Assembly (NCBI GenBank): GCA_020723435.1
Contig: DYIV01000006.1
Coordinates: forward strand, 2,329 to 44,374
Length of the DNA stretch: 42,046 nucleotides
Source: Slackia heliotrinireducens
Lineage (GTDB): Bacteria; Actinomycetota; Aquicultoria; DYIV01
Direction of reading: 5' to 3'
Below the pieces are notes generated by a model. The model was not told the DNA's origin and made no database searches. It saw only the letters and a list, made by a program, of their open reading frames with translations. Shown here one piece after another: positions 9,846-19,034 of this stretch. The stretch's first letter is position 1, and every line of letters begins with the position of its first letter. A program made the position numbers and the translations under genes.

Positions 9846-11144
9846 GTGCCCGATCTGGTCATCTCAAACGGCGCGGTGCTGCCGATCGACGGCAAAGGCA
9901 CCGTCATCCCAGACGGCTTCGTCGCGGTCGACGGGGATCGCATCAGCGAAGTCGGCTCCGGCAAGCCGCCCGCCGCCGACCGAACCATCGACGCGCGGGG
10001 CGGGATCATCATGCCCGGGCTGGTCAACGCGCATACCCATGCCTGCATGACCCTGTTCCGCGGCTTTGCCGACGACCTTCCCCTCATGACCTGGCTCAAC
10101 AACCACATCTTCCCGGCCGAGGCGACCTACATCACGCCCGAGGCGGTCTACTGGGGTCAGACCCTCGCCTGCGCGGAGATGATTCGCTCCGGCACGACCT
10201 GCTACTGCGACATGTACTACTTTGAGGACGAGGGCGCCCGTGCCAGCCGAGACGCCGGCGTGCGCGCGGTCCTGGGTGAGGCGCTCATCGACTTTCCCGG
10301 GCCGGACCAGCGAGACGTGACCGAGCGACTCGAGAGAAACGAGCAGCTCTGCAAGGAGTGGGCGGACGATCCGCTCATCTACGCCTCGGTGCAGCCCCAC
10401 GCGCCCTACACCTGCTCCGCCGAGGTCATCAGCCGGGCCAAAGAGATCGCCGATCGCTATGACGTCGCCTTCAAGATCCATCTGTCGGAGACCGCCGGCG
10501 AGGTCGAGCAGATACAGGCCGAGCACGGCGTGACACCCGTCGGGCTTCTTGCCAAGCTGGGCGTGCTCGACTCGCGCGTACTCTGTGCCCACGCGGTCCA
10601 CCTCACCGATGCCGACATCCGGCTGCTTGCCGAGTCCGGCGCGGGTGTCGTCCACTGTCCCGAGTCGAACATGAAGCTCGCCGCCGGAGTCGCGCCTGTC
10701 TCGAAGCTGCTCCTTGCCGGCGTCACGGTCGGCCTCGGCACCGACGGCTGCGCCTCGAACAACAACCTCAACATGCTTGGCGAGATGACCACGGCCGCGC
10801 TGCTGCACAAGGTGGCAAACAGCGACCCGACCGTCATGGACGCGCGAACGGTCGTGGCCATGGCGACGCGCGGTTCCGCGCGGGGGCTCGGCCTCGGCGC
10901 CGAGATCGGCACGCTCGAGGCAGGCAAGAGAGCCGACGTCATCGTCATCGACACCGACTCGCCCAACATGGTGCCGCTCTACAACGAGTTCTCACATCTG
11001 GTCTATGCGACGAACGGCAACGAAGTGCGCACGGTGGTCATCGGCGGCAAGACGGTGATGGAGGACTTCGAGATGCTGACGATCGACGTGGAGAGGACCT
11101 CGGCTGAAGTGCGTGCCATCGCGCGGAAGGTCGGGGGCGTCTAG
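9846..11144 (+). CDS. mtaD: Amidohydrolase, MTA/SAH deaminase-like
   Basis: PGLVNAHTH, HAPYT, IHLSET, HCPESNMKLA, GTDGCASNN. AGGAGGA SD before GTG 9846. Confidence 0.75.
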   Translation: MPDLVISNGAVLPIDGKGTVIPDGFVAVDGDRISEVGSGKPPAADRTIDARGGIIMPGLVNAHTHACMTLFRGFADDLPLMTWLNNHIFPAEATYITPEAVYWGQTLACAEMIRSGTTCYCDMYYFEDEGARASRDAGVRAVLGEALIDFPGPDQRDVTERLERNEQLCKEWADDPLIYASVQPHAPYTCSAEVISRAKEIADRYDVAFKIHLSETAGEVEQIQAEHGVTPVGLLAKLGVLDSRVLCAHAVHLTDADIRLLAESGAGVVHCPESNMKLAAGVAPVSKLLLAGVTVGLGTDGCASNNNLNMLGEMTTAALLHKVANSDPTVMDARTVVAMATRGSARGLGLGAEIGTLEAGKRADVIVIDTDSPNMVPLYNEFSHLVYATNGNEVRTVVIGGKTVMEDFEMLTIDVERTSAEVRAIARKVGGV

Positions 11145-11267
11145 GCCCGCCAGCCGCGCAGGCCCGCCGCCCGTGCAGCGCCGCCCGCCCGTCTGCTTGC
11201 CGAATCGATGCGCGGGGTACCATAGTCTACGGGAAGGGAACCGCCCACAAGTGAGGTGCGTCAGGTG

Positions 11268-11576
11268 ATGTTTGAAGCAATCAAGTACTTCTCCGTCTTC
11301 GCCTTCAATGCCGCCGACAAGATGGAAGAGACGGCTCACGAGTTCGCCGACAAGCGGCGCGAGCGCATGGAAGAATTCCGCAAGGAGCAGAAAGAGATGG
11401 CAGACAAGATGCGCGCCAAGTTCGACGAGCACCGGACGGAAGCGTCCGGCAAGATTCGCGACCAAGTCGAGCAGGTGTTGGGGGAGACCGGAGTCGCCAC
11501 CAAGCGCGAGGTCGACGAGCTGAAGTCGATGATCGGCGATCTGGCCAAGAAGGTAGGGAAGCTCTCCAAGAAGTAG
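11268..11576 (+). CDS. Phasin-like coiled-coil protein
   Basis: Charged helical protein with GVATKREVDEL motif, upstream of an ABC1 kinase. Confidence 0.6.
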   Translation: MFEAIKYFSVFAFNAADKMEETAHEFADKRRERMEEFRKEQKEMADKMRAKFDEHRTEASGKIRDQVEQVLGETGVATKREVDELKSMIGDLAKKVGKLSKK

Positions 11577-11584
11577 CGGGTCAA

Positions 11585-13234
11585 TTGGACAGAGCCCAGC
11601 GCAGGTGGCGCAACCGGCGAGTCCGGGTCTTCGCACGAGTCTTCGCCGGCATAATCTATGACTTCTGGCGCGAGGAGCGCATCGCCCGCAAACATGGCAG
11701 GAAGATCGCCCGCGCTCAGATGAGCGGGCGTCATCGAGAGCGCGCCGCCCACTTCAGAGAGACCGCCGTCCAGTTCGGCGGCGTCATCATCAAGCTCGGT
11801 CAATTCCTCTCCGCCCGCGCCGACGTCCTCCCAGAGGAGTACATCCAGGAGCTCAAGGCGCTGCAGGACGAAGTTCCGGCCGTGCCGTTTGAGGCGATCA
11901 AAGCGCAGATCGAATCGGAGTTCGGGCGGCCGCTTGAAGATATCTTCGTGGAGTTCGACCCCGAGCCCATCGCAGCCGCGTCGCTGGCCCAGGTCCACAA
12001 CGCGACCCTCGCCGATGGTGAACCCGTCGCCGTAAAGGTGCAGCGGCCGGGCCTGGAGGAGCTGGTCGACTTCGATCTGGCCGTCTTTCGCTATCTGATG
12101 GATGGTCTTGGAAGATACTCGAAGCTGGGCCGCCAGCTCGACCTGTCCGGCCTGGCCAGGGAGTTCTCCATAGTGCTCGGCGACGAGCTGGACTTTCATC
12201 GCGAGGGACACTACGCGGAGCGATTCAAGGCGAACTTCGACTTCAATCCGATCATCTACATACCCTCAGTGCATTGGGAGTACAGCACCGACAAGGTGCT
12301 GACTCTGGAGCACGTCGACGGGATCAAGATAAGCGACTACGCCGCGCTGGAGGCCGCCGGCATCAGCCGCAACGAGGTGGCGCGCGAGGTCGTGACGAGC
12401 TACCTTCAGATGGTGCTGGAAGACGGCTTCTTCCACGCCGATCCTCATCCAGGCAACATCTTCGTGAGACCGGGTCCGGTCATCGTCTACGTCGACTTCG
12501 GGATGGCGGGGGAGATCACGTCGCAGATGCGCGCCCACATCAAGGACGGCGTCGTTGCCGGGACGAAGCGCGACATGGACGGGGTCGTAACTCATTTGAT
12601 GGCGACCGGATTCGTGCGGCGCGGCGTCAACGTCAAGGCAATCAAGAACGCGATTCAGTGGCTGCTCGACAACTACGCGGGCATGACCGCCGACACGCTC
12701 GACTTCGACAGCCTCGAATCGATCCAGGAGGACCTGCGCACGATCATGTACGAGAACCCGTTCACCATTCCGACGCAGTTCGCCTTCCTTGCCAGAGCGG
12801 TCGGCACGCTGCTCGGGCTGACGCAAGGACTCGATCCCCATTTCGACTACGTCGCCGCCGCCACGCCCTACGTCGACAAGCTCGTCAAGGGTTCGGCGCC
12901 CGGCTACACGGAACTCGTCGTGGCCGAGGCGAAGGAGCTCGGCAAGACACTGCTTTCGCTGCCTCGCCAGACACAGGACGTTCTCACCCAGCTCGAGCGT
13001 GGGGAGCTCAAGGTCAGAGTCGATGCCCGGGACGTGGCTTCGTCTCTGGACGAGTCGAGGGTGGGCCGCTCGATTTCGAGCCTGGTCTGGGTGGTCGTCG
13101 CGCTGATCGGGGCCGCCGTCGCGCTGCGCATCTTCGGCTGGGCATGGGAGGCGGGCACGGCTGCGGTTCTGGCCCTGACCGTTTTGGTGTACGTCGTGTG
13201 GCGCTCGCGAAGCAGGCCCAAGCGGCCGTTCTAG
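11585..13234 (+). CDS. AarF/UbiB/ABC1 family kinase
   Basis: IKLGQFLSAR, AAASLAQVH, VAVKVQRP, FFHADPHPGN, DFGM and C-terminal TM helices. Confidence 0.92.
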   Translation: MDRAQRRWRNRRVRVFARVFAGIIYDFWREERIARKHGRKIARAQMSGRHRERAAHFRETAVQFGGVIIKLGQFLSARADVLPEEYIQELKALQDEVPAVPFEAIKAQIESEFGRPLEDIFVEFDPEPIAAASLAQVHNATLADGEPVAVKVQRPGLEELVDFDLAVFRYLMDGLGRYSKLGRQLDLSGLAREFSIVLGDELDFHREGHYAERFKANFDFNPIIYIPSVHWEYSTDKVLTLEHVDGIKISDYAALEAAGISRNEVAREVVTSYLQMVLEDGFFHADPHPGNIFVRPGPVIVYVDFGMAGEITSQMRAHIKDGVVAGTKRDMDGVVTHLMATGFVRRGVNVKAIKNAIQWLLDNYAGMTADTLDFDSLESIQEDLRTIMYENPFTIPTQFAFLARAVGTLLGLTQGLDPHFDYVAAATPYVDKLVKGSAPGYTELVVAEAKELGKTLLSLPRQTQDVLTQLERGELKVRVDARDVASSLDESRVGRSISSLVWVVVALIGAAVALRIFGWAWEAGTAAVLALTVLVYVVWRSRSRPKRPF

Positions 13235-13259
13235 CAGGCCTGGCGTATGCCTCTCGAAG

Positions 13260-14381
13260 CTATCTCAGCGCCACCTGTACCCTCAGATACCTCGCGATAT
13301 CGTCATTGGTGACGATGCCGGCGATGTGATGGTTGCGGTCGACGACGAGTAGCCGATCCGTCTCACGATCGTGCAGCCTGGTCAGCAGGTCGGTCACGTG
13401 ATTGTCCGCCTCGACAACCGCGCCGTGACCCAGAGGCTCCATCACCTGTGAGACGCGGATGGTGTCCCATTCCCCCTGGGGCACGTGGCGAATGTCGGAG
13501 AGGCTGATCACGCCGACCGGTTCCTCGTTTCGCGTGACCGGAAAGCCGCTGTGCTTGTGGACAAGGAAGTACTCGTCGACCGCCCGGCGCAGTGTCAGGT
13601 CGTCGGGCATCGTGACCGGATCGGGGGTCATCAAGTCACGGACGAGAACGCGTGACAGTGCCTGAGAGACGACGACCTGCTGGTAGCTGCCTCGCGCCGC
13701 CTGATCGAGGAACCATCCGATGAAGATGAACCATAGACCGTTGATGAGGTAGTTGGTCAGCACGAGGAAGAGCCCGCCGGCGATCAGAAGGACCGCCACC
13801 CCCCGGCCGAAGTCGGCCGCGATCTTCGTGGCTCGCTGGATGCTTCCCGTGAGCTTCCAGATCAAGGCGCGTAGAAGCCGTCCGCCGTCGAGTGGGAATC
13901 CGGGCACGAGGTTGAAGGCGGCGAGCAGGACGTTGATGAAGGCAAGGTAGGCGGCGACGCCGGTGATCGGGGCGCCGGCGCCGGCGACAGCGGCTACAAC
14001 GCCCACCGCACCGAAGAACACCCCCAAGAAGAGGCTGGCCGCCGGACCCGCGGCCGCCATCTTCAGCTCCACGTTCGGACTATCCGGCTCCTTGGCGATC
14101 GAGGAGACGCCGCCAAAGACGAAGAGCGTGATGAACCTGATAGGTATGCCGTTGCGCCTGGCGACGAGAGAATGGCTCATCTCGTGGAAGAGTATCGAAG
14201 CGAAGAAGAAGAACGTCGTGATCAGGCCCATCGTGATGTAGGTTGACTGGGGCAGTCCCTCGTACTGCTCGGGGAAGTAGAAGAACGAGAGGGTATATCC
14301 GACCAAGAAGAATATGATGACCCAGCTGAAGTGGAGACGGACTTCGATGCCGAATATCTTACCGAGTCGAATTGCTCCCAT
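13260..14381 (-). CDS. Site-2 protease (M50) with tandem CBS domains
   Basis: HEMSH, AAAGP, FNLVPGFPLDGGR and a C-terminal CBS pair. Confidence 0.92.
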   Translation of the reverse strand: MGAIRLGKIFGIEVRLHFSWVIIFFLVGYTLSFFYFPEQYEGLPQSTYITMGLITTFFFFASILFHEMSHSLVARRNGIPIRFITLFVFGGVSSIAKEPDSPNVELKMAAAGPAASLFLGVFFGAVGVVAAVAGAGAPITGVAAYLAFINVLLAAFNLVPGFPLDGGRLLRALIWKLTGSIQRATKIAADFGRGVAVLLIAGGLFLVLTNYLINGLWFIFIGWFLDQAARGSYQQVVVSQALSRVLVRDLMTPDPVTMPDDLTLRRAVDEYFLVHKHSGFPVTRNEEPVGVISLSDIRHVPQGEWDTIRVSQVMEPLGHGAVVEADNHVTDLLTRLHDRETDRLLVVDRNHHIAGIVTNDDIARYLRVQVALR

Positions 14382-14478
14382 GGCGACTCCCAGGTGAAAT
14401 GGCCGGTCGGTTGCCCTGCAACACTGGTAGTGCTACCCGCGCCCCTCGGCGCATAAACGAATACGGGAAGACTGGTCG

Positions 14479-15249
14479 ATGATACACGGGCTCATCAGCG
14501 ACGTGCACGCAAACCTCGAGGCCCTCCGGGCCGTCATGGCCGAGCTCGGCGATGTCGACGACATCTGGTTCTTGGGTGACGCGGTCGGATACGGACCCGA
14601 TCCCCAGGCATGCTTTGAGGAGGTATCGAAGTCGTGCTCGCGAACGATCGCGGGCAACCACGATCTGGGTGTGGCCGGTGTCATCGGGCTGGGAAGGTTC
14701 CGCTACGCGGCGGCCGTGGCGTGCCGCTACAGCATGCGGGAGCTGTCGGACGAGGCGAAACAAAGGATCGGGGCCCTGCCGCTGACACTTGAACTCGATG
14801 ACGGCGTGACGCTGACGCACGGCAGCCTGGTCGATCCCATCTGGCAGTACGTGATCAGTGCGGCGATAGCCGATCTCAGCTTCGAGGCCGCCGATTTCAG
14901 GGTCCTGTTCGTCGGGCACTCGCACTTCCCGGCCGTCTTCGTCAAGGAAGGGGAGGCCCCGTGCGTGCTGCTGGCTTTCGAGGAGGACAAACCGATCGAG
15001 CTGGGCGGAGAGGGCAAGCGCGGTACTGAGGACGAGCCCGGCGCTCGGGCCACGCGCTTTATCATCAATCCCGGGGCGGTCGGCCAGCCCAGGGATGGCG
15101 ATCCAAGAGCGGCCTACGCGATCTACGACGACGAGGCTCAGACTGTTACGCTGCGCCGGGTCGAGTATCCGATCGCCGAGACGCAGCGAAAGATGGCCGA
15201 CGCCATGCTGCCCGGCTCGCTGGCCGAGCGCCTGAGCTACGGTCTGTAG
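14479..15249 (+). CDS. Calcineurin-like metallophosphoesterase
   Basis: SDVHAN, LGDAVGYG, GNHD, THGS, GHSH, INPGAVGQPRDG. Confidence 0.9.
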   Translation: MIHGLISDVHANLEALRAVMAELGDVDDIWFLGDAVGYGPDPQACFEEVSKSCSRTIAGNHDLGVAGVIGLGRFRYAAAVACRYSMRELSDEAKQRIGALPLTLELDDGVTLTHGSLVDPIWQYVISAAIADLSFEAADFRVLFVGHSHFPAVFVKEGEAPCVLLAFEEDKPIELGGEGKRGTEDEPGARATRFIINPGAVGQPRDGDPRAAYAIYDDEAQTVTLRRVEYPIAETQRKMADAMLPGSLAERLSYGL

Positions 15250-15395
15250 CGTGGGTTTGAGGCTCGCAAAGGCGGCGAGCGGTTTATATCCTAGTAATTT
15301 GGTTAGCATTCCAGCCAACGCGGTATATAGAGGTTGGAACGGTTGGTGAGCAGCAACGAAGAGGTGACGTCTTTCCGAAGAAGATGTGCTACGGG

Positions 15396-15585
15396 ATGAC
15401 CGGAAGGCCTGGCGAAGCCGAGAAGGACGCTTTGGGAGATCGACTTTCCCACTGCATCCAGGCAGAAGCAATCCGGTTCAAGTGACGACCGTGGGCAAAC
15501 CCACCAGCGTGAGGTCTCCCACGGATAGACAGCCCATGTAGAGGGCCCGGATGCGGTGCGAAGGATTTGCCAGGTCTTTCGTTAT
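15396..15585 (+). ncRNA. Putative structured RNA (unassigned), sRNA or leader of the DUF166 gene
   Basis: Nested stems 15402-19/15563-80, 15451-59/15549-57, 15489-95/15518-24 and 15433-39/15445-51. Most non-Watson-Crick pairs are G-U on the + strand. Confidence 0.5.
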
Positions 15586-15596
15586 GGGGAGATACC

Positions 15597-16382
15597 ATGC
15601 GACTGCTCGTAATCACACACGCCGAATACGGCAAGCGAATCTTGGCCAACATCCGCGCGCACGCCCCCGAGAACTGGGTGGTCGAGGAGTGGCGCGCCCC
15701 ACGCGGGCTGCCGCCGGTCATCGACGATCCGGATGACTTCCTGCCTGACGCGATGCCGCACGTGGATCTCGTCCTGTCTCTGGCCGAGGATCCCGGGGTA
15801 GCGGAGCTGCTGCCGGATGTTGCGCGAGCCACCGGCGCACGGGCCGTCATCGCCGCCATCGACAACGAGTCGTGGCTTCCGGCGGGCCTTGCTGCGCAGA
15901 CGAAAGCGCGCCTCGACAAGATGGGCGTTGCCAGTGTCTATCCCAAGCCGCTGTGTACCCTCACCGACAAGACCTACGGGTTTCGCAAGAAGATCGAATA
16001 CGACAGCGAGCCGATCTCGGAGTTCGCGCGCCACTTCGGGAAGCCGGCCGTTCGCGTCTCTGTTGATGACGGCAAGGTGTCGGCGGTCGAGGTCGAACGG
16101 GACGCCTGCTGCGGGTGCGCGCGCTACGTCGCTGAGCGACTGCCCGGTGTCGCGGTCCGCGACGCCGAGTTCGAGGCCGGCATGCTCCATCATCACTACC
16201 CATGCCTGGCGACGATGGGTATCGATGAGGAGCTGGGCGACACGTTGATGCACGTCTCGGGACATCTGCTCAAGGATGAGATCGCGGAGCAGATCAGGCC
16301 CCACAAGCCGGCGGCGAGCAAGTTCCGACCTACTGACGACTTCGTGCCCGTCAGTGAAGAGAAGTCAGCCGGAGACGGGTAG
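15597..16382 (+). CDS. DUF166-domain protein
   Basis: IDDPDDFLP, PKPLCTL, FGKP, CCGCARYVA and HHHYPCLATM match DUF166. GGGGAG SD. Confidence 0.75.
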   Translation: MRLLVITHAEYGKRILANIRAHAPENWVVEEWRAPRGLPPVIDDPDDFLPDAMPHVDLVLSLAEDPGVAELLPDVARATGARAVIAAIDNESWLPAGLAAQTKARLDKMGVASVYPKPLCTLTDKTYGFRKKIEYDSEPISEFARHFGKPAVRVSVDDGKVSAVEVERDACCGCARYVAERLPGVAVRDAEFEAGMLHHHYPCLATMGIDEELGDTLMHVSGHLLKDEIAEQIRPHKPAASKFRPTDDFVPVSEEKSAGDG

Positions 16383-16407
16383 GGCCGCCAGCCACAGGCG
16401 GGGCGAG

Positions 16408-17997
16408 TTACTCGTTCGGGTGGCAGGTTCGGCACCAAGTCGTCGTAGGCACGACGTCGCGGCTTGCGTGACAGCTTCCAGTAGCGCCCACGCCTCCCGG
16501 CGCGATGTTGGAGCAGGTAGGATGGGCTCGGACGTCTTGCGGCTCGCCGTGGCAACTCCTGCAGTCACTTCCGTAGACGATGTGCACCTGGTCGTACTGT
16601 GCGTGGATGTCGGAGTGGCACGCGGCGCATCGTTTGTTCCAGGGACGGGCCATCTGAGAGACGGGCCCGCCCGCCCTGTGACAGGCGCTGCATCCCAGTC
16701 CCCCCGAACTTGCCTTCGCGTGTTCCTGCGTGAGCTCGAGATAGTGACAGTCCACGCACGCGGCCGAGGCGCCGCCGTCGGGTGAGATGAGCGTGCCCGT
16801 CTCGGTCCCGGCGTGGAGCGCGCCCGCGTCGCCGTGGCCGTCGTGGCAGCCCACGCAGCTCGTCTGCTTGGCGGCGATGGCGTCTCTGACTCGCTCGTCC
16901 GTGCTCGAATGGCAGGTAGAACAGGTCAGAGGCCGGCCGGAGTCATTGGTGTGGCGGTAGTGCTCGATCGTCAAGGTCATGACGTGGCACTCGTCGCATC
17001 CCTCGATGGATGTCCGATGATACGAAGAAGTCGGCGCCGAATGCGCGGCGGGCACGGGCGGGCTGTATCCGCCGTGGCAATACTGGCAGGTGATCGCCGG
17101 GTTGAACGCGAGCTCCTCCGGTCCATGGGGCCCGTACGTCGGAGAAGTCCAACCGCCGCCGACCGGACTGCCCGGGCCATGGCAGGCGTTGCAGTCGTCC
17201 GTGGGATGATTGGGGATGGGGTAGCCCGCATGGCAGTCGGCGCATCCCGTGGTGGTGTCCGGCATATCCGCGTAGATCTGGACCGTGAACGACCAGCTCA
17301 GCGTTGCCGTGCCTCCCGCCGTGTCCGTGGCGTTCGCGGTGACGAGCACGTCGTGACCGTTGGGGAGCGGTGAGGGAACGGAGCCGGCAAGGAGCATTGC
17401 CCCCGCGTCATATGTAGATGGGATCGCCGCTCCGTTGACCTTGATTTCACTGCTCGCGATTGGGCTGGCGCCGGTCAGGCGCACGGAAATCTGGGGCGAC
17501 AGCGTCCCGACCGTCGCTCCCAGGTCCGGTGATGGATTGGAGAGCTCGGGCGGCGTCGCGACGGTGAAAGACCATGAGTACGTCGACTGCTTTCGAGCGT
17601 AGTTGGCGACGGTCACGGCGACGGTGTGCGGCCCGCCCGTCAACGACGGAGCGCACGCGCATGTCAGGAGCGCACGCGTGTAGTCGATCGCCCAGTACTC
17701 GCCTTCATCGTCGGAGAGCAAGGTGCGGTACGGATAGGTGAGACGCGCTCTTGTCCAGTTTCCGTCGATGAGCATCTCGAAGCCGTTGGAGCGCACCTTG
17801 GCCGGATCGTAGATGGCCACGGAGACAACCGGGTTCGACACCGACGAGGCGGAGCCGGGCGAGGGTGTGGCCGCTGAGAAAGTGGCGGGTCCTGCCGCCG
17901 ACGCGGGCAAGGGCGAGGAGCTCACCAGCGCCGCGACCAGCGCCGCAAGACTGAAGATGAAGAGTACTCTGGACCGTTTGCCTCTCGCTCTGGACAC
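16408..17997 (-). CDS. Secreted multiheme cytochrome c (11 CxxCH + one CX13CH) with two N-terminal Ig-like repeats
   Basis: Signal peptide ending ASA, two beta-rich repeats ending WSFTV, 11 counted CxxCH motifs. Confidence 0.9.
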   Translation of the reverse strand: MSRARGKRSRVLFIFSLAALVAALVSSSPLPASAAGPATFSAATPSPGSASSVSNPVVSVAIYDPAKVRSNGFEMLIDGNWTRARLTYPYRTLLSDDEGEYWAIDYTRALLTCACAPSLTGGPHTVAVTVANYARKQSTYSWSFTVATPPELSNPSPDLGATVGTLSPQISVRLTGASPIASSEIKVNGAAIPSTYDAGAMLLAGSVPSPLPNGHDVLVTANATDTAGGTATLSWSFTVQIYADMPDTTTGCADCHAGYPIPNHPTDDCNACHGPGSPVGGGWTSPTYGPHGPEELAFNPAITCQYCHGGYSPPVPAAHSAPTSSYHRTSIEGCDECHVMTLTIEHYRHTNDSGRPLTCSTCHSSTDERVRDAIAAKQTSCVGCHDGHGDAGALHAGTETGTLISPDGGASAACVDCHYLELTQEHAKASSGGLGCSACHRAGGPVSQMARPWNKRCAACHSDIHAQYDQVHIVYGSDCRSCHGEPQDVRAHPTCSNIAPGGVGATGSCHASRDVVPTTTWCRTCHPNE

Positions 17998-18027
17998 AGT
18001 CTGCCCCCTGACTGTCCCGCGCGGTCC

Positions 18028-18056
18028 AGAATACTACTAGCGACGGTGGGACACAA
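18028..18056 (-). promoter_or_regulatory. Sigma70-type promoter for the 11-heme cytochrome
   Basis: TTGTGT-N17-TATTCT on the minus strand, ~30 bp before the GTG. Confidence 0.45.
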
Positions 18057-18073
18057 GACCAGAAAGGTCCCGT

Positions 18074-19012
18074 TTATCTGCGCTCCATCTTGTCCATGAG
18101 CGAGACGAAGACATCTTCGAGATTCGGCTCGACGATGCGCATCTCGCGCAGACCGACCCCCGAGGCTCCCATCGCCTCTTTGATCGTACGCTTGGCCTTT
18201 CGAGCGTCGTCGACGTTGGCGTGTACCATCGATCCGTAGAGGTAGGCCTCTTGTACGTCGTCGAGCCTGCCGATCGCCTCCAGCGCTCGCTCGCAGTCGT
18301 CGCAATCGACTTCGATGACGGTACTTGTCATCTGGTCGGCCTTGATCTGGGCAGGAGAGCCCAGAGCGATGATCTCGCCCTGGTAGATGAAGGCGAGACG
18401 GTGGCAGTGCTCCGCCTCGTCCATGTAGTGCGTCGTAACGAAGAGCGTGACTCCGCTGTCGGCCATCTCATAGAGCAGGTCCCAGAACTGGCGCCGAGAG
18501 ACGGGGTCGACGCCGCCCGTCGGCTCGTCGAGGAAGACCATCTTCGGCTCGTGGACGATGGAGCACCCGAGCGCGAGACGCTGCTTCCAGCCCACGGAGA
18601 GGTTTGCGGCCAGCTCGTTCTCGCGTCCGACCAGCCCTGCCATCTCAAGGATGTAGGTCCGCCGCTCGGCGAAGCGCTCCGGCGGCACCTCATAAACGCC
18701 GGCGTAGAAGTCGAGGTTCTCATCGACGGTGAGGTCCTCGTAGAGGCTGAACCGCTGCGACATGTAACCGATCCGCCTCTTGACCTCTTCCGGCTGCGTC
18801 CGGACGTTGTAGCCGAGCACGCTTGCGTTGCCGTCGGTCGGGTCGATGACACCGCACAGGATTCTGATTGTCGTCGACTTGCCAGAGCCGTTTGGGCCAA
18901 GGAAACCGAAGATCTCCCCGCTCTTGACCGTGAAGCTCACGTCGTCGACGGCGGTCAGGTCACCGAAGCGTTTGACCAGGTGGTCTACGACGACTGAGTT
19001 GGTTTCGCCCAT
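18074..19012 (-). CDS. ABC transporter ATP-binding protein (YbhF-like)
   Basis: GPNGSGKST, LSVGWKQRL, FLDEPTGGVDP. GAGGAGA SD before ATG 19012. Confidence 0.92.
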   Translation of the reverse strand: MGETNSVVVDHLVKRFGDLTAVDDVSFTVKSGEIFGFLGPNGSGKSTTIRILCGVIDPTDGNASVLGYNVRTQPEEVKRRIGYMSQRFSLYEDLTVDENLDFYAGVYEVPPERFAERRTYILEMAGLVGRENELAANLSVGWKQRLALGCSIVHEPKMVFLDEPTGGVDPVSRRQFWDLLYEMADSGVTLFVTTHYMDEAEHCHRLAFIYQGEIIALGSPAQIKADQMTSTVIEVDCDDCERALEAIGRLDDVQEAYLYGSMVHANVDDARKAKRTIKEAMGASGVGLREMRIVEPNLEDVFVSLMDKMERR

Positions 19013-19034
19013 GTCTCCTCGCTTTGTGCCAATG

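Noticed and set aside
11268-13234. Phasin-like + ABC1 kinase pair as a novel system
   Set aside because: A commonly seen gene pair; no PHA synthesis genes in the window.
15481-15510. GTGAC..GTGGGCAAACCCACC as a ZTP or c-di-GMP-I riboswitch
   Set aside because: The remaining conserved elements of both classes are missing, so it is kept as an unassigned structure.
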